Assembly: GCA_038044925.1 (NCBI GenBank)
Contig: JBBSZC010000004.1
Span: 11,166 to 75,165 of the forward strand
DNA length: 64,000 nt
Direction: 5' to 3'
Source of the DNA: Nanobdellota archaeon
GTDB lineage: Archaea; Nanobdellota; Nanobdellia; Pacearchaeales; GW2011-AR1
Shown piece after piece: positions 46,248-55,756 of this stretch. Within the stretch, counting starts at the first letter, position 1. Every line of letters begins with the position of its first letter. The notes below the pieces were generated by a model, which made no database searches, was not told the origin of the DNA, and saw nothing but the letters and a program-made list of their open reading frames with translations. The position numbers were made by a program, and so were the translations under genes.

Positions 46248-46898
46248 ATGTACTTAAAAAGACAAGCAACTCCAAGAAGCTGGCCAATACCAAGAAAGGG
46301 TACAGCCTATGTAGTAAGGCCTAAATCTGATTTAACAAATGGAATCCCTACATTAATAGTCCTGAGAGATATGTTGAAAATAACAAGAAATAGAAATGAA
46401 GCAAAGAAATCATTAAGATTAAAACAAATAAAAATAAATGGAAAAATTGTTTTTGATGATAGAAGACCATTAAAGCTTTTTGATATATTAACAATTATCC
46501 CTATTCAAAAAAATTATAGATTATCTTTGGATGAAAAAGGAAAATTCAAATTAGAAGAAGTAAAAGATAAAGAGGCTGAGAGGAAAATTGTGAAAGTAAT
46601 AAATAAGAAAACATTAAAAAATAAAAAAATACAATTGAATTTCAGCGACGGAACAAATAGCATTTCACATATAAAATGCAATGTAGGTGATTCCGTAATT
46701 GTTTATTTTAAAGATAATAAAATAGAGAAATGCTTGGAATTAAAAGAAAGGGTGGATGTTTTAGTTATAGGTGGAAAACATATAGGAGCTCATGGAAAAA
46801 TAGAAAAATTAGATAACAAGCAAAAAATGGTAGAGTTAAATACTAAAGAGGATAAGAAAATAAATGTGCTAATTAAACAAATAATAATTATCGAATAA
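46248..46898 (+). CDS. rps4e: 30S ribosomal protein S4e
   Basis: LKR...P.SWPIPRK, LRDMLK, GGKH.G. Confidence 0.95.
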   Translation: MYLKRQATPRSWPIPRKGTAYVVRPKSDLTNGIPTLIVLRDMLKITRNRNEAKKSLRLKQIKINGKIVFDDRRPLKLFDILTIIPIQKNYRLSLDEKGKFKLEEVKDKEAERKIVKVINKKTLKNKKIQLNFSDGTNSISHIKCNVGDSVIVYFKDNKIEKCLELKERVDVLVIGGKHIGAHGKIEKLDNKQKMVELNTKEDKKINVLIKQIIIIE

Positions 46899-46899
46899 T

Positions 46900-47403
46900 A
46901 TGGATAAACAAAACCCAATTTTAAAAGTAGAGATAGAGAAAGTTGTTCTAAGTTTAGGCGGAACTGCAGAAAATTTAGAGAAGGGGGTTAAATTGCTAAA
47001 AATTATTACTGGAAAAAAACCAGCAAAGATGAAATCCAAAAAAAGAATCCCTGCATTTGGAGTGAGGCCTGGTTTGGAAGTTGGGGCTGTTGTAACAATA
47101 AGAAAAAATTTTGAAGAATTGCTTAAAAGAATGCTGGCAGCAGAAGAGAATGAGATAAGAAGAAAACAAATAAGTGAAAATTCATTTTCCTTTGGAATTA
47201 AAGAGTATATAGAAATACCTGGAATTGAATATCAGAGAGATATTGGAATTATGGGGTTGGATGTAACTGTTGTTTTTAGGAGAATAGGGGGGAGGGTTAA
47301 ACTAAAAAAAATAAAGACTGGGAAGGTCTCTAAAAAACAAAATATTTCCAAAGAAAAAATAATTAAATTTATGGAAGACAATTTCCAGACAAAATTTGTA
47401 TAA
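46900..47403 (+). CDS. rpl5: 50S ribosomal protein L5
   Basis: IEKVVL, FGVRPG, SFGIKEYIEIPG. Confidence 0.96.
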   Translation: MDKQNPILKVEIEKVVLSLGGTAENLEKGVKLLKIITGKKPAKMKSKKRIPAFGVRPGLEVGAVVTIRKNFEELLKRMLAAEENEIRRKQISENSFSFGIKEYIEIPGIEYQRDIGIMGLDVTVVFRRIGGRVKLKKIKTGKVSKKQNISKEKIIKFMEDNFQTKFV

Positions 47404-47411
47404 AAATTAAA

Positions 47412-47642
47412 ATGACTGCAAGTGATTGGAAAAAAATATTGAAGCAATTGAAGAACAAACCTGCAGTTGCACAGAAATTCCTAAAACACAACAAGCCTAA
47501 AGAAAGAAAATATGGAATAAGTGTAAATAAATGCGAAAGATGCGGGAGATTTGGAGCACATATAGGAGCATATAATTTGAACCTATGCAGACACTGCTTC
47601 AGAGAAATAGCAAAGGAAATTGGATTTAAAAAATATTCATAA
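47412..47642 (+). CDS. rps14: 30S ribosomal protein S14
   Basis: CERCG..LCRHCFRE.A..IGFKKY. Confidence 0.96.
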   Translation: MTASDWKKILKQLKNKPAVAQKFLKHNKPKERKYGISVNKCERCGRFGAHIGAYNLNLCRHCFREIAKEIGFKKYS

Positions 47643-47659
47643 AATACAAGGAGAATAAG

Positions 47660-48040
47660 ATGTCACAAGATATAATTGCTGATGCATTAAACAAGATAAA
47701 AAACGCAAAGAATGCAAGAAAGGATAAGGTAAAAATAACCCATATCTCAAATTTCTTAATTGAAATTTTCAAAATAATGAAGCAGAGGGAAGCAATAAAA
47801 AATTATAAGATAAATGGAAAAGAAAAAAGCATAGAAATAACAATTGGAGATATTCTTGATTGCAGGGCTATAAAGCCGAGATTTACTATAAAGAAAGATC
47901 AGATTGAAAAATACATAAGAAGATATCTTCCAGCAAGAGGAATTGGAACAATAATAGTGTCTACAAATAAAGGATTAATAACCCATGAAGAGGCAATAGA
48001 ACAAAACATAGGAGGATGCTTGATAGCATATTTCTATTAA
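47660..48040 (+). CDS. rps8: 30S ribosomal protein S8
   Basis: DIIADAL..IKNA, IKPRF, STNKG..TH.EA. Confidence 0.96.
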   Translation: MSQDIIADALNKIKNAKNARKDKVKITHISNFLIEIFKIMKQREAIKNYKINGKEKSIEITIGDILDCRAIKPRFTIKKDQIEKYIRRYLPARGIGTIIVSTNKGLITHEEAIEQNIGGCLIAYFY

Positions 48041-48041
48041 A

Positions 48042-48584
48042 ATGAAAAAAGAATTATCGCAAGAAATTGAAATACCCTTGGGAGTTGAGGTTAGTATAGA
48101 TAAAAATGTCATAAAAGTAAAAGGGAAACTTGGAGAAAACAAAAAAGAATTTCAAATTGGCAAGGCAAAAATAGAGAAAAAAGACAATAAAATAATAATT
48201 GAATGCAAAAAATCTTCCAAAAAAGAAAAGAGACTTATGAATACAACAATAAAACACATAAAAAATATGATTCATGGAGTCCAGGAAAAATTTGAATACA
48301 CATTAAAAGTATGTTTCTCGCACTTCCCAATGGGTGTTGAAGTTAAAGAAAATGAAGCAATTGTCAAAAATTTCTTAGGAGAAAAAATATCAAGAAAAGT
48401 ACAAATACTTCCGGGAGCAGAAGTCGAAATTAAAAAAGACATTATAATTGTAAAATCAATAAACAAAGAAATAGCAGGACAAACTGCAGCTAATTTTGAA
48501 AAGGCTACTATTGTTCCCAGAAAAGACAGGAGAACTTTCCAAGATGGAATATTTATAACTAATAAAGCTGGGAGGGAAATGTAA
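48042..48584 (+). CDS. rpl6: 50S ribosomal protein L6
   Basis: SHFPM, NFLGEK, GQTAAN.E, DRR.FQDGI. Confidence 0.96.
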   Translation: MKKELSQEIEIPLGVEVSIDKNVIKVKGKLGENKKEFQIGKAKIEKKDNKIIIECKKSSKKEKRLMNTTIKHIKNMIHGVQEKFEYTLKVCFSHFPMGVEVKENEAIVKNFLGEKISRKVQILPGAEVEIKKDIIIVKSINKEIAGQTAANFEKATIVPRKDRRTFQDGIFITNKAGREM

Positions 48585-49036
48585 TGAAATTTATAAGAAG
48601 AAACTATAAGAGACATCCTAGTATAGGAAAAGGTAGAAAGAAAAAGCATATCTGGAGAAAACCTAAAGGAAGGGACAATAAAATGAGAGAGAAAAGAAGA
48701 GGTTATCCTGCAACAGTCAGCATAGGATATGGAAATTCTAGAAAACTCAAAGGAAAGATCAATGAAAAAACACCTATAGTTGTAATTACCCTTAAAGATT
48801 TAGAGAAAATAGGAAAAGACTCAATAGCGATTTTAGGGAATATAGGAAATAAGAAAAAAATAGAAATTGTAAAAAAAGCAAATGAGAAGAAAATAGAAAT
48901 ATTTAATTTGAATATAAAAAAATTCCTGAAAAAAATTGAAAGGAAAATAAATCAAAAGAAAGAAGCAGAAAAAAATTCTGAAAAAAAGCCAGAACAAAAA
49001 GCAAAGAAAGATATTAAGGAGGATAAGAAAGAATGA
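48584..49036 (+). CDS. rpl32e: 50S ribosomal protein L32e
   Basis: WRKPKGRDNKMR, IGYG. Confidence 0.94.
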   Translation: MKFIRRNYKRHPSIGKGRKKKHIWRKPKGRDNKMREKRRGYPATVSIGYGNSRKLKGKINEKTPIVVITLKDLEKIGKDSIAILGNIGNKKKIEIVKKANEKKIEIFNLNIKKFLKKIERKINQKKEAEKNSEKKPEQKAKKDIKEDKKE

Positions 49037-49437
49037 ACCTGTCTAAGAAAAAGGCCCTGGCAGTTAGAACATTTGGGGTTGGAAAAGAAAGAATAATGTT
49101 TGTAAAATCAAGATTGGATGAGATAAAAGAAGCAATAACAAAGCAAGATATAAGGGATTTGGTTCGTGAAGGAGCAATAATAATAAAAAGAATAAAGGGA
49201 AGGAAAGGAGTAAATAAAAGAAAATCAAGAAGCCCTGGAAATATAAGAAAAATAGCGAGAAGCTCTAAAAGAGAATATATATTGAGCACAAGAAAGTTAA
49301 GAAGATTTGCAAATGAAATGAAAAAACAAGAAAAAATAACTAAAGATGAATCAAATGAAATAAGGAAAAAAATAAGAAATAGAATATTCAAAAGCAAAGC
49401 ACATTTAAAGGAATATATACAGGAGTTAACGAAGTAA
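49033..49437 (+). CDS. rpl19e: 50S ribosomal protein L19e
   Basis: GVGKERI, AITKQDIRDL, FKSKAHL. Confidence 0.94.
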   Translation: MNLSKKKALAVRTFGVGKERIMFVKSRLDEIKEAITKQDIRDLVREGAIIIKRIKGRKGVNKRKSRSPGNIRKIARSSKREYILSTRKLRRFANEMKKQEKITKDESNEIRKKIRNRIFKSKAHLKEYIQELTK

Positions 49438-49453
49438 ATCGTGTTTAATTAAA

Positions 49454-49963
49454 ATGAAAAAAACATTTAAAAGAAGAAGAAAAGAAGAAAAAACAGATTA
49501 TGGAAAGAGATTAAAGCTATTGAAAGCCGGGGCTCCAAGATTAATATTTAGAAAGACAAATAGATATATTATAGCCCAGTATGTAGAAAGCAAGCAGGCC
49601 CAAGACAAAGTTGTTTTTGGATTAGATTCCAGGAAATTGCTTAACCATGGTTGGGCTGAAGAAATGAGTGGAAGTTTAAAATCTATAACTGCAGCATATT
49701 TAACTGGTTTGCTTGCAGGAAAAACTATTTTAAATGATAAATTGAAAACTCCTATACTTGACATTGGTATGATAAGAAGTACTCCTAAATCAAAAGTTTA
49801 TGGGTTTCTTAAAGGAGTTATAGATGCAGGAGTAAAAATGGAATTCAATAAAAACAAAGAAATTTTTCCAAGTGAAGACAGCATAAAAGGAAAAAATTTG
49901 AAAAATAAAATATACGGCCAGTTCGATAAAATTAAATCCAATATAGTTAAGGGAGAGAAATAA
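49454..49963 (+). CDS. rpl18: 50S ribosomal protein L18
   Basis: RRR.E.KTDY.KRL.LL, AAYLTG. Confidence 0.95.
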   Translation: MKKTFKRRRKEEKTDYGKRLKLLKAGAPRLIFRKTNRYIIAQYVESKQAQDKVVFGLDSRKLLNHGWAEEMSGSLKSITAAYLTGLLAGKTILNDKLKTPILDIGMIRSTPKSKVYGFLKGVIDAGVKMEFNKNKEIFPSEDSIKGKNLKNKIYGQFDKIKSNIVKGEK

Positions 49964-49965
49964 AA

Positions 49966-50712
49966 ATGTCAGAAAAAAATAATCTTGAAGAAATTGAAAT
50001 GATTAAAGAACCTATAGAGTTAATCGAAAAACAGTTAATTAAAGAAATACCTGTAAAAAAAGAAGTAGAAAAAATTGTTTCTTGGACTCCAAAAACAAAA
50101 CTTGGCAGAAGGGTAAGAGCTGGAGAAATAAAAAATATAAATGAAATTCTTGATAATGATATGAAAATACTTGAGGTAGAAATAGTTGATTCTTTATTAG
50201 ATTTAAAATCAGATTTAATATTAATTGGACAGTCAAAGGGAAAATTTGGAGGGGGAAAAAGAAGGGCTTGGAAACAAACTCAAAGAAAAACAAAAGAGGG
50301 GAATATTCCTACATTCTCTGCAATGGTAGTTGTTGGAGACGAAAACGGGCATGTTGGGGTTGGAAGCGGAAGAGCGAGTGAAACTCTTCCTGCAAGAGAT
50401 AAATCTTTAAGAAAAGCAAAATTAAATATCTTTAAAGTAAACAGGGCTTGTTCAAGTTTTGATTGTTCTTGCAGTGAAAAACACACTATTCCATTTAAAG
50501 TTACTGGAAAATCAGGAAGTGTTGAGGTTAATTTAATTCCTGCACCGCAAGGAACAGGATTAGTTGTCGCAAGAGAACTAAAAAAAGTATTAAGCCTTGC
50601 TGGAATTAAAGATTGTTATAGTAAAACTTTTGGAAGCAGAAGAACAACTGCTAATCTTGTTAAAGCTTGTGTGGATGCTCTTAAAAAAGCTTCAAGGAGA
50701 TCTAAAAAATGA
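49966..50712 (+). CDS. rps5: 30S ribosomal protein S5
   Basis: WTPKTKLG, VVVGDENG.VG, PAP.GTGLV. Confidence 0.96.
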   Translation: MSEKNNLEEIEMIKEPIELIEKQLIKEIPVKKEVEKIVSWTPKTKLGRRVRAGEIKNINEILDNDMKILEVEIVDSLLDLKSDLILIGQSKGKFGGGKRRAWKQTQRKTKEGNIPTFSAMVVVGDENGHVGVGSGRASETLPARDKSLRKAKLNIFKVNRACSSFDCSCSEKHTIPFKVTGKSGSVEVNLIPAPQGTGLVVARELKKVLSLAGIKDCYSKTFGSRRTTANLVKACVDALKKASRRSKK

Positions 50713-50978
50713 AAACAGGAAAAATGGTTAAAATAGGGGAAGATGAATTTGAAGATGAACGAATTGTTTTTGATGTACTTAGAATCCCAGTTAATGCCTT
50801 AGAAACTAGTCTAAATAAGATCAGGAGTATAGATGAGAAAAAAAATTTCTTTGAATATGTAGAAGCAGCATTTGAATATATTAAAAAAAGAGATATTGTA
50901 AGGAAATTTAATTTATTATCAAAAGAAACTGTTCGCCAATATAATAAACAATATAGTGAGATAGTTTTTGGAGTTTAA
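50709..50978 (+). CDS. orphan protein between rps5 and rpl30
   Basis: 89 aa, ATGA overlap with rps5 and TAA-A-ATG junction to rpl30. Confidence 0.7.
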   Translation: MKTGKMVKIGEDEFEDERIVFDVLRIPVNALETSLNKIRSIDEKKNFFEYVEAAFEYIKKRDIVRKFNLLSKETVRQYNKQYSEIVFGV

Positions 50979-50979
50979 A

Positions 50980-51402
50980 ATGATAGCCATAATAAGAATA
51001 AGGGGGCAGGTGGGAGTTGATAGAAATATAAAAGAAACTCTCTCGAGATTAAGATTAAGAAGAAAATTTATATGTATTGTTCTAATCAAACCTGGAAAAG
51101 AAAAATTAGGCATGGTTAAAAAATTAAGAGATTTTGTTGCTTTTGGAGATATTAAAGAAGATACATTCCAAAAATTAATGGAAAAAAGAGGAAGATTAAT
51201 TGATAAAACTAAAAAAACTGATTTGAAAACTGCAACAAGAGAATTAATTGCTGGAAAAAAGGATTATGAAGAATTGAATATAAAGCCTTTTTTCAGGCTT
51301 CATCCACCAAGAGGAGGAATAGATTCAAAGATACATTTTCCTAAAGGAGTTTTGGGCGATAATGGAGAAGAAATAAATAAATTAATAGAGAGAATGCTGT
51401 AA
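50980..51402 (+). CDS. rpl30: 50S ribosomal protein L30
   Basis: IIRIRG, FFRLHPPRGG, IN.LIERM. Confidence 0.96.
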   Translation: MIAIIRIRGQVGVDRNIKETLSRLRLRRKFICIVLIKPGKEKLGMVKKLRDFVAFGDIKEDTFQKLMEKRGRLIDKTKKTDLKTATRELIAGKKDYEELNIKPFFRLHPPRGGIDSKIHFPKGVLGDNGEEINKLIERML

Positions 51403-51403
51403 A

Positions 51404-51898
51404 ATGACAATCAAAACACACAAAACAAGAAAGTCCAAAAAGATGCGTGGGAGAAAAGCAGGAACTCATGGATGGGGTGCTAGAAAGAAACATAAGAAAA
51501 AGGGGCATAGGGGCGGAAAAGGAATGGCTGGAACAGGAAAAAGAGCAGACCAAAAGAAAACATTAATAACTAAACTCTATGGAAATAATTATTTTGGAAA
51601 ACAAGGAATAACAAGCAGGGGAACAGAGAAAGATAAGAGAAAAAGAATAAACTTGCAGACTGTTGAAGACAATCTTGATAATTATGTTAGAAAAGGAATT
51701 GCTAAAAAAACAAAAGATGGATTTGAAATAAATCTTAAAGGATATAAAATTCTTGGAGATGGGGAAATAAGAAACAAATTAATTATAAAAGCAAAAGAAG
51801 CTTCAGAAAGTTCAATTGATAAAGTAAAAAAGGCTGGTGGAGAAATATATATTGATAAAAAAGTAGTGAAAGAAAAGATAGATTCATCTGCTGAATAG
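51404..51898 (+). CDS. rpl15: 50S ribosomal protein L15
   Basis: THGWG, GHRGGKGMAG, KILGDG. Confidence 0.96.
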   Translation: MTIKTHKTRKSKKMRGRKAGTHGWGARKKHKKKGHRGGKGMAGTGKRADQKKTLITKLYGNNYFGKQGITSRGTEKDKRKRINLQTVEDNLDNYVRKGIAKKTKDGFEINLKGYKILGDGEIRNKLIIKAKEASESSIDKVKKAGGEIYIDKKVVKEKIDSSAE

Positions 51899-51899
51899 T

Positions 51900-52077
51900 T
51901 GATAAAAAATGGCGATAAAGAAAACAGGCAACACCAAAAACTATAAGTTTTTGGATGCCCCAAGAATTATAAATTCTTGCGGTTTTCTAATCAGCCATTT
52001 TAAAATAAAAAATATGATAAAAAATGGCGATAAAGAAAACAGGCAATTTTCTAATCAGCCATTTTAAAATAAAAAAT
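51900..52077 (+). repeat. 63-bp tandem duplication; the first copy carries a 51-nt double-hairpin insert
   Basis: 51900-51931 plus 51983-52013 equals 52015-52077. Confidence 0.9.
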
Positions 52078-53554
52078 GGCTGATTTAAGAAATATATTTA
52101 ACTTCATTCCAGAAGTTACAAAACCCGAGGAAAAAAAATTAAGTTTTAATACTAAACTTAAGTGGACTCTTGTGATATTAGTCGCTTTTTTTGTTCTTGC
52201 TAATGTTCCTCTTTATGGATTGTCAAATAATGCCCTCGAGAGATTTAAATACTTAGCTATAATCCTTGGAACAGATTTTGGAAGTATTATTTCTTTAGGT
52301 ATTGGCCCTATAGTTATGGCTTCTATTATACTGCAGTTATTAACTGGTGCAGAAATTTTAAAGATAGATACATCTTCAGAAGAAGGAAGAAAATTTTTCC
52401 AAGGAATTCAAAAATTATTAGTTTTATTTTTCATAATCTTTGAAGCATTGGTTTATGTATTAATGCAAGGACTTCAAGCAATGCCTGGATTAGCTCCTAT
52501 AGTTATAGCTCAATTAATTTTAGGAGGATTAGCAATCTTTTATATGGATGAAGTTACAACTAAATGGGGATTTGGTTCAGGAGTTAGTCTATTTATTGGA
52601 GCAGGAGTTTCATGGAGATTAATCACCTCAGCATTCCAGTTTATAAATCAGCAAGGAGAAAATTGCCTTTTGAATTTTTCTGGGACTGCTTGCAGCGGTA
52701 AGTTTTTTGTAATGATACAATCCATAATAAATAATGCTCCTACAGAATTTATATCTGCATTAGCTGCTGTTCTTGTAACAGCTATAATATTTTTAATTAT
52801 TGTATGGGTTCAGTCTTTAAAGGTTGAAATTCCTTTAAGTTTTGGAAGAATAAGGGGCTATTCTGTCAAGTGGCCTTTATCATTTTTTTATGCTTCTGTT
52901 ATTCCAGTAATATTAACTGCAGCATTAATTGCAAATTTGCAGTTGCTTGGAGGAATAGTAGAAAATGCTGCTTCCATCTGCATTAATCCAGAAATTGCAT
53001 CTAATATAACAAATGCAACAATTTCTGAAGGATGTACAGGAATAGCAAAGGTATCTTCGTATTTCACTTTTTTAGGGCATTTTATTAATGGGCAAGCAGT
53101 TTCAGGTTTTGCTTTCTGGTTAGGTTCCACTGATATTTTGCAATTGACTCTAAAGGGGGGGTTTTTGTGGATATATCTGCTTCAATCAATAACGCATATA
53201 TTCTTTTTTGTTTTGTTTTCAACAGTGTTTGCTATATTTTGGGTTAAAACATCTGGAATGGATTCAAAGGCGCAAGCAAATAAAATAGCTGCGTCTGGGC
53301 TGCAAATTGCTGGATTCAGACAAGATAATAGGGTTTTAGAAAGTATATTAGACAGGTACATCATGCCTTTAACAGTGATGGGAGGAATTGCCGTTGGTTT
53401 ATTGGCTGCTATTAGTGATTTATTAGGTGCTTTGGTTGGAGGAACTGCAATACTGCTAGTTATTATGATAATGTTCCAGTTCTACCAGAATATTGCTAAA
53501 GAGCACCAAGTAGATATGAATCCTTCTGTAAGAAAATTTATTAGCGGTGCATGA
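52076..53554 (+). CDS. secY: protein translocase subunit SecY
   Basis: KLKWT, LGIGPIV.ASII.QLL, KWGFGSG.SLFI, YASVIP.IL. Confidence 0.97.
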   Translation: MADLRNIFNFIPEVTKPEEKKLSFNTKLKWTLVILVAFFVLANVPLYGLSNNALERFKYLAIILGTDFGSIISLGIGPIVMASIILQLLTGAEILKIDTSSEEGRKFFQGIQKLLVLFFIIFEALVYVLMQGLQAMPGLAPIVIAQLILGGLAIFYMDEVTTKWGFGSGVSLFIGAGVSWRLITSAFQFINQQGENCLLNFSGTACSGKFFVMIQSIINNAPTEFISALAAVLVTAIIFLIIVWVQSLKVEIPLSFGRIRGYSVKWPLSFFYASVIPVILTAALIANLQLLGGIVENAASICINPEIASNITNATISEGCTGIAKVSSYFTFLGHFINGQAVSGFAFWLGSTDILQLTLKGGFLWIYLLQSITHIFFFVLFSTVFAIFWVKTSGMDSKAQANKIAASGLQIAGFRQDNRVLESILDRYIMPLTVMGGIAVGLLAAISDLLGALVGGTAILLVIMIMFQFYQNIAKEHQVDMNPSVRKFISGA

Positions 53555-53816
53555 GAATAAGAAAAAATATTGATCTTCGTAAAAATGAGCTAATATTAAA
53601 CACTCTATAAATTAATTATATAGTCAAGGACGCTGAAATTTATCTATTTGCGCCTTGACTATTGAGGGAAAGTCATACAATTTTGGTCAATTATTTACGA
53701 CTTTCACTATATTTCAAAATTAATTAATCTGCGAACTAAGTGAGCAAAAATAATGATAAAGTGTTTTAGCTGTAAGTATATATAACATTTAAAAATGCCT
53801 GTTCGCTATTTTAAAG

Positions 53817-54353
53817 ATGGATAAAAAAGGAAGTTTCAAGCTTATATTTTTAGTAATGATTCTTTCAATAGTAATTGCAGGTTTATGGAATTCTATTCCC
53901 GCAATAAAAAATTCTGTGCATGCAATTTTAGATCCTAGTGCTGGAAAATTATTAAATTGGAATGTTACCTATGGGATGTTAATAGCAGTTTTTATTATAA
54001 CTTTAATCTCTACATTAGTGCAAAAGTATGGAACTAATCAAGCAGAAATAAGAAGACTGAAAAAAGAACAGAAAGATATTAATGAAAGGGCAAAACAATT
54101 AAAAGATAATCCTGAAAAAATGATGGAAGTGCAGAAGGAATTAATGCCTTTAACAGGAGAATTGATGAAACACAGCATGAGGCCTTTAATTTTTACAGCT
54201 GTGCCGTTTGTCTTGTTCTTTAGATGGTTTGCAGATTATTTTGCTATTATGCCTGACTTTAAGTTTTTTGGATTTTTTTCTTGGTTTTGGTTTTACCTTT
54301 TATCTGCAATAATTATCAGCATGATTCTAAGAAAATTTTTAAAAGTAGAATAA
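53817..54353 (+). CDS. DUF106 / EMC3-TMCO1 (Oxa1 superfamily) membrane protein
   Basis: TM, coiled coil, SMRP, WFWFY..S..RK; usual position after secY. Confidence 0.88.
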   Translation: MDKKGSFKLIFLVMILSIVIAGLWNSIPAIKNSVHAILDPSAGKLLNWNVTYGMLIAVFIITLISTLVQKYGTNQAEIRRLKKEQKDINERAKQLKDNPEKMMEVQKELMPLTGELMKHSMRPLIFTAVPFVLFFRWFADYFAIMPDFKFFGFFSWFWFYLLSAIIISMILRKFLKVE

Positions 54354-54404
54354 GGAAAAATTCCTATACACAAGCTTTTTAACCCCTAATTTTTTTAGTT
54401 CTGA

Positions 54405-54815
54405 ATGAATAAAGAAGAATTAATTTATAAGATAGGGATTTTAGAACAGCAATCAGAGCAATTGCAAAGGCAACTGCAAATGATAGAACAAAGCTTTAAT
54501 GAACTATCCAAATTAAAAATAGATTTAGAAGATTTAAAAAATTCTAAGGGCAAAGAAATAATGGCTCCTATTGGGAGAGGAATATTCATAAAATCTAAAA
54601 TAATAGAAGAGAATCTTTTAGTAGATATAGGAAGCAAAAATCTTGTTGTAAAAAGCATTGCTGAAACCCAAGAACTCATTCAAGAGCAAATAAAAAAACT
54701 CCATGAAGTCCAAGAATTTATGAATTCTTCATTGCATGAACTGGGGCATGAAATGGAAAAGGCGGTTGAAGAAATCCAAAAAGAAATTGAAGGAAAAAGA
54801 GAAAAAAGTGAATAA
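54405..54815 (+). CDS. pfdA: prefoldin alpha subunit
   Basis: EIMAPIGRGIF, LLVDIGS..V.K. Confidence 0.92.
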   Translation: MNKEELIYKIGILEQQSEQLQRQLQMIEQSFNELSKLKIDLEDLKNSKGKEIMAPIGRGIFIKSKIIEENLLVDIGSKNLVVKSIAETQELIQEQIKKLHEVQEFMNSSLHELGHEMEKAVEEIQKEIEGKREKSE

Positions 54816-54937
54816 ATATAGAAAAAATAGTTATCGCCTTTTTTATTATAGAATAGTTATAATGTGCTTATTATATCCAAAAATTATTTATATATTTTTA
54901 TTAAAATGCTTAACCTAAAAACATAAAAACCAATAAA

Positions 54938-55756
54938 CTAATTATATTTCTCTGCGATTTTTACAAAATTAGAATATCTTTTAATTCCAAATTCTGTTAT
55001 TATCGCTTTGATATATTTCTTTTCTACAAATTCAAATGCCGGGTTTTTTATCTTAATTCCTTTTGGAGCTCTATCCCATATTTCATTTAATTTTCTCTGT
55101 TCTATAGGGATTTTCTTTTTTGTGAATTTCCAGGAATCAGCTATAATATAAACAGGGATTTTATGTTCTTTTGCAATATCAGCGATTAAACCGCTTCCAA
55201 TCTTATTAATAATTCCTTTTTTTGTCAAGGCATCTGCTCCAAGGAAAATTTTATTAATTTTCTCTAAGCCTTTTTGTGACAATATGATGTTTAAAGCAGA
55301 ATCAACAAACATTGTTACTTTTATTTTTGCATTTCTCAATTCTAATGCTGTTTTTCTTCCTTGAAATAAAGGGCGTGTTTCTGTATTATATATTTGAAAT
55401 TTTTTTCCTTTTTTCTTTGCATAAATTAAAGCATTTACAACATTTGTAGAATGGCAATGAGTAAGGATAGTATTGTTATTTTTTATAATTCTTAAAACAC
55501 TTTTGTTTATTTTTTCTTGAGAATCCTTGAAATGAACGATAATTTTATTTTTTGGGTAGCCTTTCTCTGCTAAATCTAAAACATTTTCCATCATTGGTTC
55601 TGTTGGTCTTGATAAAAGGAGTTGTTTTTTAGATTTTTTTCCAGGAGCTAAAAGATATGCGTTTAAAGCTCCTTTTGCAATGTTTCTTGCTCCCTGAATT
55701 CTAACAGATTTTATATCCTTCAGTATTTTATTAAACCTCTTTTGATTTTTTGACAT
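54938..55756 (-). CDS. ribose-1,5-bisphosphate isomerase (eIF2B-like family)
   Basis: IQGA..IA, RPTEP, THCHS, TETRP..QG, GADA, NKIGS, NPAF. Confidence 0.85.
   Translation of the reverse strand: MSKNQKRFNKILKDIKSVRIQGARNIAKGALNAYLLAPGKKSKKQLLLSRPTEPMMENVLDLAEKGYPKNKIIVHFKDSQEKINKSVLRIIKNNNTILTHCHSTNVVNALIYAKKKGKKFQIYNTETRPLFQGRKTALELRNAKIKVTMFVDSALNIILSQKGLEKINKIFLGADALTKKGIINKIGSGLIADIAKEHKIPVYIIADSWKFTKKKIPIEQRKLNEIWDRAPKGIKIKNPAFEFVEKKYIKAIITEFGIKRYSNFVKIAEKYN

Noticed and set aside
53664..53675. GAGGGAAAGTC as the RNase P RNA P4 motif
   Set aside because: No matching 3' P4 strand, and the AT-rich gap is too short
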